A DNA stretch of 63,534 bases, counting the filler, from Octopus bimaculoides (taxonomy: Eukaryota), in assembly GCF_001194135.2 (NCBI RefSeq). It is 6 parts of 6 records of this genome, joined end to end, with 100 filler letters (N's around TTAATTAATTAA, not from the genome) between each part and the next. Parts side by side here need not be neighbours in the genome. Positions count along the whole stretch, not along the records: positions 35,713 to 53,859 come from NC_068981.1; 5 more parts are not named here. One strand, written 5' to 3'. Position numbers and translations under genes: made by a program. The notes under the pieces are model-generated. The model searched no databases and was not told where the DNA came from. It saw nothing but the letters and a program-made list of their open reading frames with translations. How positions within the stretch are numbered: position 1 is the stretch's first letter; every line of letters begins with the position of its first letter. Positions 38,845 through 51,689 of the stretch are shown here, piece by piece.

Positions 38845-38960
38845 TTTTCATCTGAAGGTCGTATAAATATAAGATTAATATTTACCGAGTATTAATTGAA
38901 ACAGCTGTGAGTGAAGATGGTTAATTTGCTGTTAATAATAAAGTTATTAACTTCCCAATC
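38845..38960 (+). mobile_element. Penelope pLTR-like relic with a dead hammerhead
   Basis: GAAACAGCTGT-G-AGTGAAGATGG; the upstream CUGAUGA core is damaged (ttcatctgaagg). Confidence 0.35.
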
Positions 38961-38998
38961 TCCATTTTCTTTTTCTTTTTCTTTTTCTTCTTATCCAC

Positions 38999-39039
<41 letters not shown>

Positions 39040-39064
39040 TATGGTCAGCGACCATGCTAGGGCA

Positions 39065-39295
39065 ATGTATGATCAGCGTCCATGCTGGGGCATCGCCTGA
39101 AAGAGTTTAATGGAACTACTTATTCTTAACCATGGTACTTATTCTATCTGTCTTTTTGCCGAAGCTCTAAGCGACGCAAACGTAAACATACCAACACCGG
39201 TTGTCAAGTGTTGGAGTGAGGGACAAAGACGCACACACGACGAGATTCCACAGAGTTTCCGTCTACAAAATTTACTGACAAGGTAAAATTAATAT
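39065..39295 (-). mobile_element. Family B SINE, partial
   Basis: Reverse complement of the family B body and tail (catgctggggcatcgcc, tacttattctatctgtctttttgccgaa). Confidence 0.8.
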
Positions 39296-40015
39296 TAGAT
39301 TAATAATTGGCAGATTTGGAGGTCTAGGAACTTGATCTACTTCTCCAGAAACTGTAAAGCTAGTAAGTTGAATCAGTCATTAGCATCTATTTGGGCTGTG
39401 GGCTTCCTAACATATTACTGCAGTGTTATTTTTCTGAAAATAACCCATTGATCTCGTGTTTATTTTTATCCAGTCCATATTTCTATTAAATACAAGGTGT
39501 AAATATTTGTCTCTAAAGTAGAATTTATAAACAAATGTTTATTCAAACAAAGTTGTTTGAAGCTTTACAGCATAAAATCCAGTTAGATTTGTTTTCGTTC
39601 ATAAAAGATGCAGCAAACCTAATATAATTTTTATAAATCTTTTGAAAATGCTAAGCTTCGGTGAGAAAGATTAAATCATAAATTTTCATTTGTTATAAGA
39701 TATTTTGTTGTTATATAAAATGTTGTTTATATTGAAAGTATTTTAAATTGAATTTCAATGAAGTAAGGAAAAATTTCTTTAAAAAACAACGTTAGAAAAC
39801 TTTGCCAGTATTTCATGAACTGAAAATGTTGTTTAAATCTCAGGGGAAAATTACAAGCGTACACAGGCACAGGTATTTGATTATGTGTAAAGTGATATAA
39901 GCTTGTCTACTTGTTCTTTTTTGTTTTTCTGTTTTTTTCCTCGGTAACATATTAAAGAAACCTTTCAGTGGAAGGTGAGATCCTTGTTTTCCATAGGTTA
40001 TATAACCAATATTCA

Positions 40016-40065
<50 letters not shown>

Positions 40066-40454
40066 AATCGTAGCCACTTCAGATATAAATGTAATCTATT
40101 GAAGATGGGGAAATTAAACTGATAAAAGGTGACACCAATCATCTGGGCATTACGTATATACACTTTAGGTGTAAATTATATACACAGTCCAATGTAACAT
40201 TAATAACTTCAGTTAAAGAGGTAACAACTTCTTTAGTTATTAAAGCAGAAATTGTGTGTGTATGCCTATGTGTGTGTGTATGTTTATGTATATTGTAAAT
40301 AGAATTTTAAGCCTTCATCGTATATTGACTATAGAAAGTAGTGTAATATTAGGCTTATTTTCTATAATCAATATACGGTGTAGGCTTGTTACTCTATTTT
40401 CAAAATTTCAATCGCCATCTTTTCGTAATTCACACAGAATTCACATTTAAGTAT

Positions 40455-40518
<64 letters not shown>

Positions 40519-40796
40519 GGGGCCAAAAGTCACCTGACAGTAAATCAAAACTTTTAAATTCCAAGAATTATGTTTATGTATTTAATAAAAGTATCTAGAT
40601 ATGAAACATCATGAAATTTGTTCAAACTGAAGTCTTTCTTGAGCGACACATTTTTCAATTCGAGCCAATACAGAATTACAGATAGTATTTAAGGAAATAT
40701 ACAAATGGGCTAACAAAAATAACAAGCAGTTCAATGCTATGAAATTCCAGGCACTCCATTATTGGTAAATAAATTCAATAAGTAAACCTATAACTG

Positions 40797-41050
40797 TGGA
40801 GGCACGTGGCCTAGTGGTTAGGGTGTCAGCACCATGATCGTATGATTGTGGTTTCGATTCCTGGACCGGGCGATGCGTTGTGTTCTTGAGCAAAACACTT
40901 CATTTCACGTTGCTCTAGTCTACTCAGCTGGTAAAAATGAGTGACGTTGAAATGGACTGGCGTCCCGTCCAGCTGGGGAACACATACGCTATTGAAACCG
41001 GGAAACCGGGTCCACGAGCCTGGCTAGGCTTTAATAGGGCGCATTTATTT
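40797..41050 (+). mobile_element. tRNA-derived SINE, family C, well preserved
   Basis: A box tggcctagtgg, B box ggtttcgattcc, body gtgttcttgagcaaaacacttcatttcacgttgctc; reverse copies at 49.1-49.5 and 51.1-51.3 kb. Confidence 0.88.
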
Positions 41051-41271
41051 TTATTTTAAAACTTATAACTAACTCCTAAATTATATAACTAAATGGCGAC
41101 CAATCCTTTAAATCCATACAGATAATATACCCACCAGTTTTCCATAGTTGTTACTATAAAAGTGAAAGCTTTATATTCTACTCTCTCCAAAACAAAACAA
41201 ACCCGATTGAACTTTAATAATATAAATAATTCTGAGTGAATTACACTATTTCATAATCCAAAACTACAGTA

Positions 41272-41365
41272 GAAGGCACTTGCCCAAAGTTTCACGCAGT
41301 GGAACTAAACCCGGAACCATGTGGTTCAGAAGGAAAGTTCTTACTATGCAGCCATGCTTGCACCT
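41272..41365 (-). mobile_element. Family B SINE head
   Basis: gcacttgcccaaag...gcagtggaactaaacccggaaccatgtggtt. Confidence 0.8.
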
Positions 41366-42447
41366 ACATTTCCAAAGTTAGATCCATACACTTTCATTTA
41401 CATATATGTGTCTGCTTATGTGTGCATGTGCGTATGTATGTATGTGTGTGTGCATGTGTGTGTAGGTGTTTGTGCGCACGCGTGTGCATGTATACATCTA
41501 ATGTGAACCAGGCTATTATGACACAACTTGAAGTTGAAACTAAGACTGTTGATCATAACAGTTCTGTTTTACTGTTGATTGTTTGACTGATTGCTTATTT
41601 GACCAAAGCATAATCGCATAGATCAATGGACATCGATATTGTTATGGTAAAATTATTATAGTAGATCACGATGCCGAGTCGCCTTAGAGATTTGTGTGTC
41701 GTTTAATAAATGATTGCAAAAGCATAGTTAAAAGTAATGTGGAAGATTTTTCTTCCCTTGCCAAAAACTATGCCTCAGGAGAGCTTTAAAAACAGCTGTT
41801 GCCATATTGATCAGCTATGTTAATTAAGCAACAGTAACACAACTGTTGTAGCAATCCCTTTGTCGATGCAATAAAAAGGAGAATGAATCGCCATTAAACA
41901 AATCTAAGCTATCCGAAGAGACTCTTCTAGACTGGAAAATATTGTTTCCTGTAGAGTAGATACAAACTAAAGTAGTTAGAAGCGTGAGCGAAACGAAATT
42001 GAAACAGGAAAAAACAGACAATTATCAATAACACGGAGGAAGTGAACTATAGAGAATAGACAAATGAGAGTAAAGCTAACTAGCGAACCATTTTACAATA
42101 GGCTTCCTATGTCAACAAATAGCCATTATATTTAGAAAGTAAAAACAAACGTGTGTCCAGAGCATGTGAGCGGAAGTTTCATGTTTTACGCGCCATAGAA
42201 TTATTCATTTACAAGATTTTTTTAATAGAATCAGACTATTCAGAGATATTAATTATAACTAATAACTAATTAACTGCGGTTATTGAAAGCGAAATGCATT
42301 TTTTTTCTTTTTCTTTCTAACATTATTTCAATTTTGCAGAATCTAAAGTATTGGAATGTAAATTCTATAAACGTCACCATATTATATATGTGTGTGTATG
42401 TGTGTGTGTGTGTGTGAGGATGTATAAGGGTGTGCGTGTGTGTATGC

Positions 42448-42553
<106 letters not shown>

Positions 42554-42782
42554 GTATGATGATGGCTAGCTGGCCGAGACTCACTGTCAGTACTATTCTT
42601 GTTAAAAAATAATAAATTTGAGCGCTACAACAGTTTGGAGTAACCCTTCAGATTAATGTAAAATTGTCTTTTTATGACTGAATTTAAAAACATATAGATA
42701 GATAGATAGATAGATAGATAGATTTCGTTTGGGGATTTGGTTTGAAAGTTTCTTCATGTGAGTTCGTGTGTGTGTGTGTGTG

Positions 42783-42946
42783 TATTCTGTTGTGTCTGGG
42801 GAGAGTCATTCTCTTTTGGTGCCTTATGATTTAACAAGACGCAACGAAAATTTTAGAAAAATAAAAAAGGAATAAGTGGAAATTTTACTGGTGAATGTGT
42901 TAAATTATAAGGCACCAAAAGAGAATGACTCTCCCCAGACACAACA

Positions 42947-42951
<5 letters not shown>
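42783..42951. repeat. 54-bp inverted repeat pair with a 61-bp spacer, flanked by (GT)n and (AT)n
   Basis: 42783-42836 versus 42898-42951, 53 of 54 bases complementary; a related sequence lies near 47655-47715. Confidence 0.93.
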
Positions 42952-43037
<86 letters not shown>

Positions 43038-43650
43038 AGATAGACAACGATAATTTTGTGTATACAAAGAGAATAGGATGATTTACATTTTTTATTTATT
43101 TCCCATAATCCATACATATCAGATTACTTCATTAAATTTATGTGGCACACGATGTTTGTATATGAAATGTATACTATTTAATTACTCTGCCTACAAAAAC
43201 GCAGGCTGAAAATTATTCTAGCCATTTCAGTGTCGTTATGGCTTGTGTTTGATTTTAATAGTGTTTCTCATTAACTCCTGTTCTTGGGAAGATGTCTTTT
43301 CTATCAATCTTGCAGGAACAAACTTTCTACCATTTTGCCTAATTTTTCGAAAAACTCTTTTTTATCAAAAAGGCAATCTTGATCTACAACTTAACGCGAG
43401 AATACTACGTTACTTACCTTGAGAGGATTCTCTCATATGGACTCGTGATGTATAAAAGTATATCGTTGAAAACAAGAACCGGCTGCTCCGTCTACTAGAA
43501 CTGCCAGATCACGTAATTTCGCCTTGCCGTGGGCTCTTTAGTGACAGATGTCCAGCAGCGACTTAGCCGAATTTCCCAACGATATATACATCAGTGTCTA
43601 TTTTCTGCTTAGGAAGCGAATTCTAATTAAACGCTTATCACATTTCACAG

Positions 43651-43709
43651 CTACTTTCGTAGCAGATTTGTAGATTCTGATAATATGTCTATTACAGTTT
43701 TCAGCACAG
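43651..43709 (+). CDS. Candidate 59-bp internal exon, unknown product
   Basis: Acceptor cacatttcacag, donor CAG|GTACCA; the single open frame gives YFRSRFVDSDNMSITVFST. Confidence 0.2.
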
Positions 43710-45369
43710 GTACCACATCTTTTGATCAGATACACTTTATTCCAACACAATAACTTTTTGCAAAACTGAGACGATCTAATGATGCAACTCGACTCTTTTA
43801 CTATATTGAGAAACGTGCATGATATTGTTGTTTTTTATGTGTGGACGGATACTTTGCTTTCTGTGACTTCTTAAACAGTGTTCCTGACCAGGTTATTTTG
43901 CCTCCGGAAAAATGCTTATTTTTTCTTTTTGTAATACTAAAGAAAATTTTCAAATACGAACTAACTACCTAAGAAAACTACTTACGAAACTGATAAACAA
44001 ATGATATCTAAGTGACATGTCTAAGGCTATTTTGTACTATTTCAAATCTAGCGTCGTTGACATGATGTGGTGGTATTCAGCGCTAGTCACAGAGAGGTGT
44101 CTCATATAGACAAAGATTGAGACAAAAGAACGAAAACCTACGCTAAGTTTTTAAAATAAGTTGCAGGCATATTTCTTTGCCTCACGTAATCGTTTTCTAT
44201 AGAAAGTAACTCTGGGTGACATTTCCAGCTGTTTCTTACATAGCCTTACATTTAGTTTGCGAATGTTTATCTTGACATATTTATTTACAAACAATACGGT
44301 AATAAATGGGAGAACTGTCTTGTTTTTGTTGTGGCTGTATTTGTTGTGATAGTTGTAGTTTTGTTATTTCTTAGCCCCGGGTCAATCCTACTAAAGCAGT
44401 CCTACGTTAGAAAGGTGTTCTATTCGAGAGCATTCCGTCTTGTTGCAAATATAGAACATCCAGCAATATATTATTATCCAAATTGTTTTTCTTTGTTCAG
44501 TAAGGAAATTTAGTGCAGTTTAGCAATGATTTCTAGCAAAGCAAGCGACTACGCCGTCTTCCCTCTCCTACATTAGCTCGAGATAAACAAAAACAAAGAT
44601 TCTGGTGATGTATGCTTATTTATTTAAAAGCCAAAAGCTAAAATTATAGAGTAACATAAAACATTTCCATATCATGACAGAATTTCATTTTAATATTAAA
44701 CGGAAACTATATTCCAAACACTTTTTTTGCAACTAGAATATTTTACTTCAGCAAACAATCATTTGAGATCGATCTAATAGTTGATAAAATAATTAATACC
44801 TTGAATATAACAAAGTTGACGTTGAATTTAGCAATTTCCTAAGCGTCATGAAGGAAGAAGTTTTACAATTTAGTAAAAGTTTGAGTTGATATACGTTCGT
44901 AAACTCACTACTCTGGGAACATAATTATCTGTATGACTCATCTCACTAGATCTGATTCCGTTGATGTTGTAGTAAATCCGAAATAAACACTTTCGATAAA
45001 CAGATAATCGCAACATTGATTACATGCATCAGCAACTGCATGGCTATAAAATACAGGGAGCAGATCCTTCCATAATTATGACACTGTGATAGTGGCTGTT
45101 ACACGTCAGCCTGATGCTGCAGCTCTAACGAAACCGGCAATAGACGCTTCATTAAAACCTACAACAGCAGCTACTGAGAGAAGAGATAAGTGCTATAATA
45201 AAAAATTTTCTTTCTCGATAGCAAAAGAACATCTCAAGAAATTAGGCGAGTTTTTGTATTCACCTTTATTTTCTCTATCAGAATACTATAGATTGGGTCG
45301 ATTTGTAACGTTTTAATTTGGGTTTTCTGAGCAGAAGTAAAGTTTCTGTTGGTAAACAATACCTTTATA

Positions 45370-45371
<2 letters not shown>

Positions 45372-45441
<70 letters not shown>

Positions 45442-45718
45442 CTCTCTCTCTCTCTCTCTCCCTCTCTCTCTCTCTCTCTCCCCCTCTCTCTCTCTGTCTT
45501 TATTTTATTGAAATCTATTATTAATTTGTTACAGTAATCTTAGCGTGCTTAAAGGTGCAGACAAAATAGAAAGAAAGAAAAAGATAGATAGACAGACAGA
45601 CGAGTAGATAAATAGATAGACAGACAGACGAGTAGATATATAGATAGACAGACAGACAGACGAGTAGATAAATAGATAGACAGAGACGAGTAGGTAGATA
45701 CGCAGACAGACAGATGAT

Positions 45719-45778
<60 letters not shown>

Positions 45779-45837
45779 CAGTCAGATAACTTTCTTTATT
45801 GGCTACACAGGGCTGAACACAAAGGGGATAGACAAAC

Positions 45838-45874
<37 letters not shown>

Positions 45875-45917
45875 CATTTCTTTTATTAGCCACACAGGGC
45901 TCAACGAAGATGGGACA

Positions 45918-45950
<33 letters not shown>

Positions 45951-45955
45951 AATAG
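45372..45955. repeat. (CT)n followed by (GATA/GACA)n arrays with two family A SINE-tail fragments
   Basis: Directly visible; tttctttattggctacacagggct-like block occurs twice. Confidence 0.92.
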
Positions 45956-46199
45956 ATCCGGTAGCGTTGTTTCACTGAAGCCATGTTGAGACAAATCAAT
46001 GTTTTACACAACTTCGATACTTTGTAGAAAATCTCTTTACGAAATACCCACAGTGAATAAGCAGCTAGCTGTTTTATAGCAAGAAATCTGAGATTCCCTA
46101 TGTGATTGATCCGTTTTTCTGCTTGCGTTTTTTTATTTTTTTTATGACTCATGACCTTCCACTTTGATCTGATCGTTAACGAAATACTTTTGCGTTAAG

Positions 46200-46361
46200 G
46201 GTGAAGTTTCCAGAGATAAAATCAATGCCGACCATGTTGAATTAAACATAGCTACCGCATACAATAAATCTGCAAGTCAAACAACTGTTAATGAAGTCGG
46301 CAAGTCGTTCCGAACACCATCACCGCTACCGTCGCTTCCTAGTATCAATAGACAACAATAA
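46200..46361 (+). CDS. Candidate terminal coding exon, unknown product
   Basis: Acceptor tacttttgcgttaag; GEVSRDKINADHVELNIATAYNKSASQTTVNEVGKSFRTPSPLPSLPSINRQQ*; AATAAA at 46419-46424. Confidence 0.3.
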   Translation, partial: GEVSRDKINADHVELNIATAYNKSASQTTVNEVGKSFRTPSPLPSLPSINRQQ

Positions 46362-47007
46362 GAATGAAATACCCCAGGTAAAGCTCATTTCTAATCCACC
46401 CAACTTAAAAACTTACTGAATAAATATGTATACATTTCTCGTTAAATCACACAATAGTGTGGAGTTTATTATAATCTTCGCAATTTCCAACTGGCAAATT
46501 ATAGATTGCAAAATGATTTTAAATTTAATTTTAGGTTATTACGGTTGCTAGTATGCATTATTAATAACATGACATGGTTGCGTTCATTCTTGTTGAATTG
46601 AGATTACGCAATCTTGTATAAATTAGAAAACAAATATTTGTTAGAAAACATACATAAAATATCTTCGACTTTCCTGCCTAATTAGAATCCCTAAAAGTGT
46701 TTAGAATTAAATCTATACAAGAAATCTTGATGTTATACATTTCGTAATCCTGATGTTTTTCTGCTGTGTGTTTTAAAACTTGCTATGACTTGCTGAAAAG
46801 TGTTTCAAACACTATACAAATGACATACAGTTTCTTTCTTTCCTCGTATAATATATCTGACGCAGATGTTTCTCCCAGTGACAAGAACTGCTAAGTGTCA
46901 CTTATACATTTTGGTTATACGTCATGCATGCACTTATTACATGCTGGCTTCGGTTTAAAGCACTTAGTGACGAGGTTTTAAAAGAATTTCCACTGACATT
47001 TTTACAG

Positions 47008-47060
47008 ATGTAGCAGAAACTTTTAATAGAAACAAAACAAAGGAAAATTCATGCTCGCAG
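47008..47060 (+). other. Candidate 53-bp exon
   Basis: Branch-like ctgac plus tttttacag acceptor, CAG|GTACAT donor; open frame DVAETFNRNKTKENSCSQ. Confidence 0.25.
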
Positions 47061-47783
47061 GTACATATTTTCCCATTTGTTGCTTTATTAAAAGCATTAT
47101 TCGGTACATCGTAATTTTACGCCATGCTTCGAATATGAAAAACTGCATTGGACTATTTACAATGAGTTGGCGGAGTAATACACCATTCATTACTTCATTA
47201 ATCTTCATTTAACAACTCCATGGTAAACTATTTTACTGTCTTAAAAGAAACCGCATAACACTTTAGCGACTACATGTTTGAAATTGTCGTTGTTGTTTTT
47301 GTTGTTTATTAGTCCAAGTTAGCCCTGGTAGAGAAAATCCTATGATCAGAAGTAATCTAACCGTGACAATTCCGGATTTTTCACACTTTGCGTATCTCAG
47401 ATCACATTGTAATATATTTTACGATGGTGGCGGGGGGGGGGTGTTCACACTTAATTTTTTATCTTTTACTTGTTTCACTCAATTGACTGCGCCATGCTGG
47501 GGCACCGTCTTAAAGAATTTTTAGTCGAATAAACCGTTAGTACTCTTCTTTTATTATTTTTTGGTTAAGCCTGGTCTCTTGTGGTGAACAATTAACCGGT
47601 TGACAAACGGTGGTTATGGAACAAACACAGAAACAAAGGCACATACATTATTGATAAGGCATTAAAACAGAATGACTCACCCCAGACAATAAAATATGCT
47701 TCAACACACGAATTCNNNNNNNNNNNNNNNNNNNNNNNNNNNNNNNNNNNNNNNNTATATATATATATATATATATATATATG

Positions 47784-47945
47784 ACAGGCTTCTTAGAGTT
47801 TTTGTCTACAAAATCCACTCGCAAGACCTTTGGTCGGCCAAAGCTATAGTAGAAGACACTTGCCCAAGGTGCCACGCAGTGGGACTGAACCCGGAACCAT
47901 GTGGTTGGAAAACAAGCTTCTTACCACACAGCGATGCCTGCGCCT
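47784..47945 (-). mobile_element. Family B SINE, 5' half
   Basis: gaagacacttgcccaaggtgccacgcagtgggactgaacccggaaccatgtgg. Confidence 0.9.
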
Positions 47946-48197
47946 TTATCTACTATCTAGTTGATGTAGTTGTTGTTGCTTTTGTTGATTAGTCCCTGAT
48001 TAACGCTGACCGAGAAAGCCTTCGAATCAAAAATATTCTGTGGCCATCTCATTTCTCATAATGTATGTATCTGTGACAACATTAACCAATATGTACTTTA
48101 TATGTACTTTATACTTTATATGTAATTTATAGTACTTTAAATATACTTTATATGTACTTTATACAATATGTAACATTATCCAATATGTACTTCGTTT

Positions 48198-48340
48198 ATG
48201 GCGGTGAGCTGGCAGAAACGTTAGCACGCCGGGCGAAATGCTTAGTGGTATTTCGTCTGTCTTTATGTTCTGAGTTCAAATTCCGTCGAGGTCAACTTTG
48301 CCAAAAAGTTCGGGCCTTGTGCCTAGAGTAGAAAAGGATA
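48198..48340 (+). mobile_element. Family A SINE with an internal deletion
   Basis: ggcggtgagctggcagaaacgttagcacgccgggcgaaatgcttag...gagttcaaattccg. Confidence 0.88.
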
Positions 48341-48563
48341 TGTACTTATTTTTTAAGATAGCATTAATTGCTGTTATTGACACCGTATTTCGTTATGCAA
48401 ATAAAATATACCACCAAGTACAATAAAGGCTTTATAAGTGTATCCAATTGTGTTACATCACTATATTTAGTGGTCATATAAGCAATGTGTTCTTGGATAG
48501 ATTATGGGTTGGATGTGGTGCTGAAGAAAGAACATTGCATCTCTCTGTTTAATTCCTCTTATT

Positions 48564-48602
48564 CCTTTCTGTTGAAGAGCGTAGGCTCGAAACATAAAAG
48601 AC
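48564..48602 (+). ncRNA. Degenerate minimal hammerhead in a Penelope-type terminal repeat
   Basis: CUGUUGA-A-GAGC-GUAG-GCUC-GAAAC-AUA; helix II is perfect, but A6 and the ACGU helix III are mutated. Confidence 0.5.
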
Positions 48603-49134
48603 TTTTTCATCTTCCCGAGCGTCAAACTAATACACTTGCTTGTTGTTCATACACCTGTCTTTGTCTTTTGTTTTTCTATAAATTTCAACTATATATAACT
48701 GGCCGAAGTTTCGAAATCACTGTCAATAATATTCTTGTTTAAGAATAATAAATTTGTATTTCTGAAACCCATCAAATCAATATTTTTATTATAACTGAAA
48801 ATAAAAAGAAACAAGTGCGTGTGTGTGTGTTTGTGTGTGTGTATGTATATGTGTGCACGTGCTTTTGTGTATGTGAAGGATAACGCGAAGTGTAAACATA
48901 TGGCCAACAGCATAATGCTCTAATCCAATAAGTGGACTAAAGAAAGAAGCAATTTTATTCATTAGTGTTTCGCTTTCACGGCGCCATCTTTATATGAACT
49001 TGGATTATATTTTCAAACCATGTCTAACAAACTATTCTTTTGACCTAGTGTGTGTTTCTCTACTGTAATTCCTTTTCTTCTTCCTGAAGTTCCATTGTAC
49101 CATAGAGATGAATAATGGTGATGAATTCAGTAAT

Positions 49135-49465
49135 TATGTTAGTACGTTTAAGTGGTACTCCGTCGGGTGCGACGACGAGTGTTCAAGTTGATTGGATCAA
49201 CGAAACCGCCTGCTCTTGAAATTTACGTGCAAGTGGCTGAGCACTCCACAGACACGCGTACCCTAGTTCTAAGGGAGATTCAGCGTGAAACAGAATATGA
49301 CAAGGCTGGCCCTTTGAATTAGAGGTTCAACTCATTTTTACCAACTAATTTTTGGAGTAACATGAAATAAAGCTTCTTGCTCACGGACACAATACTCCGC
49401 AGAAAATCGAACTCACAACGTTTCGATCGTGAGACGAATATCCTAACCACTACGCCGCGCGCCTT
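49135..49465 (-). mobile_element. Family C SINE
   Basis: Reverse complement of the tRNA-like head (aatcgaactc, cctaaccactacgccgcgcgcc) plus body. Confidence 0.78.
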
Positions 49466-49732
49466 CACACATTTGTGGCTTTATATATATGTGCTTAATG
49501 TTCATGTGCGTATATATGAATATACTGATATACATACTTGATACGCTTGGAATAATATGTATGTACATACATATGTATATAGATATATCAATGTATGTGT
49601 GTATGATGTATGTATAGGTTATTACATAAACGCATGCGCATTTTCATATGTGTAAATATTATGCATGTATTGTATGTAGATATATCCAGTTTTATGCGTT
49701 TCATATCTAAAGTGTTTGTGAGAATATATATA

Positions 49733-50082
49733 CGTTAGAACCTCGAAGTACGAGTGCTCCATTGTACGAGTAGTTCGCTGTACGAAAGAGACGTGCGAAT
49801 TTTTGTCTTGAAGTACGGGCGGAAATCCGCTGTACATTCCATCTTTAAGGTAGTTCACTTTACATATTTCTTTTGCACTTTCTTTTTTGTGATTGTCATT
49901 TTACTTGTAACTACACCTTTTCTGTTCTAAAACCCATAAGAGATTATTTTTGAGTGGTTTGGTGGTGGGAGTGGCTGGAACAGATTAATAAGATTTTAGT
50001 TAATTTCAATGGGGAAAATTGATGTGTAAAACGAGTAAATCGGTCATGGAACGAATTAAACATGCACTGCGAGGCATCACTG
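49733..50082. mobile_element. Tigger/pogo-like non-autonomous DNA transposon (MITE)
   Basis: TA flanks on both sides; degenerate TIRs cgttagaacctcg / cgaggcatcactg; subterminal ggaacgaattaa motif. Confidence 0.7.
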
Positions 50083-50124
50083 TATAGACATATAATATAT
50101 GCATGTATATTACCTCTTTCTGAA

Positions 50125-50560
<436 letters not shown>

Positions 50561-51074
50561 AGTAGGTAAGTTGACAGACTGAGAACGACAGTGGGAGAGA
50601 AAGGAAGAGAGTGACTCATTGGTGTGGAAAGAAATGTTTCTAAACATTTGATACAGAGTTCAATGGATTTTATGTTTGGTATATCGATAGTGTATTTGGT
50701 CAGCTTTGATGACACACCAATATTTATTGGTTCCAACAAACTTTGCCTTGCCATTGTATTTCAACAATTCATTGTGAAATCTCTTTGAAACTTTACGCTG
50801 ATCTATTATTTGTGACGACGTCTATTGTTAACATCTAATGAAGAATGGAATTGGTGCCAACTTATGTTTCCTCTGCATTTGTCTCCACCTACAACAGACT
50901 TTCGTATCATATCTAGACAACAGACCACAATCATTTTAGAAGCAGGAAAAAAGCTTCCAATTATAAACATAGCCTCTTAGAAGCTTTCTGTCAAAAGCAT
51001 CCAATTGGTATCACAGTATGGACCGAACTATGAGATGTTTTATACATCGCTGGTCACAATACTCTTCACATTGT

Positions 51075-51272
51075 TTTAGTTTTCGAATGATGCCAGCCAG
51101 CTGATCGGAAGGCTATTCTCTCGCAGGGTTACACATTTACAGCTGATTGGACTGAAGCAACGTGAAATGAAGTGTTTTGTTCAAGAACACAGCGCACTGG
51201 CCAGTCCGGAAATCGAATCCACGGTGTAGGAATCGTGAGCGCTACACTCTAACCACTAAACCACGCGCCTAT
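51075..51272 (-). mobile_element. Family C SINE
   Basis: gcaacgtgaaatgaagtgttttgttcaagaacacagcgc...aatcgaatcc...aaccactaaaccacgcgcc. Confidence 0.82.
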
Positions 51273-51658
51273 AGACAATATATATAGATATATATATATA
51301 TAGACTAATGTGTGCTTAACCACGTTGTGGACACTCGCAAACGCTAACTTAAATTAACCGCACTTTGAAGATATGTATTTACTGCCAGGATTTTGTCAAG
51401 GTATAGAAACAGACGTAGATAGATTTCGGGGGAAAAAACATCAATGTAATGTAATGCAGATAAATATAATTAACATTTGCTGCTGTTGATGGTTGAGCAC
51501 TGAAGCCATGAGAGTACGTTGGTATATATGTGGGAGTGAGTGCTTCCATCAGTAACTATAGATGTGTATATACTGATAAGTTGACAAATGGACATGTGTA
51601 TGTGCGTAAAAGACAGAGAGAGATAGACAGACAGACAGAAAGATAGATACATACATAC

Positions 51659-51689
<31 letters not shown>

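Noticed and set aside
40797-40870. tRNA-like A and B boxes
   Set aside because: Head of a SINE followed by a SINE body; not a tRNA gene.
43418-43600. Minus-strand segment ending in a perfect GTAAGT donor
   Set aside because: All three frames have stops shortly upstream and no clear acceptor; more likely an old repeat or non-coding sequence.
50640-50815. PH-domain-like phrase NKYWCVIKADQIHYRY on the minus strand
   Set aside because: A 53-codon frame bounded by stops with no splice signals; the resemblance is a few residues only.
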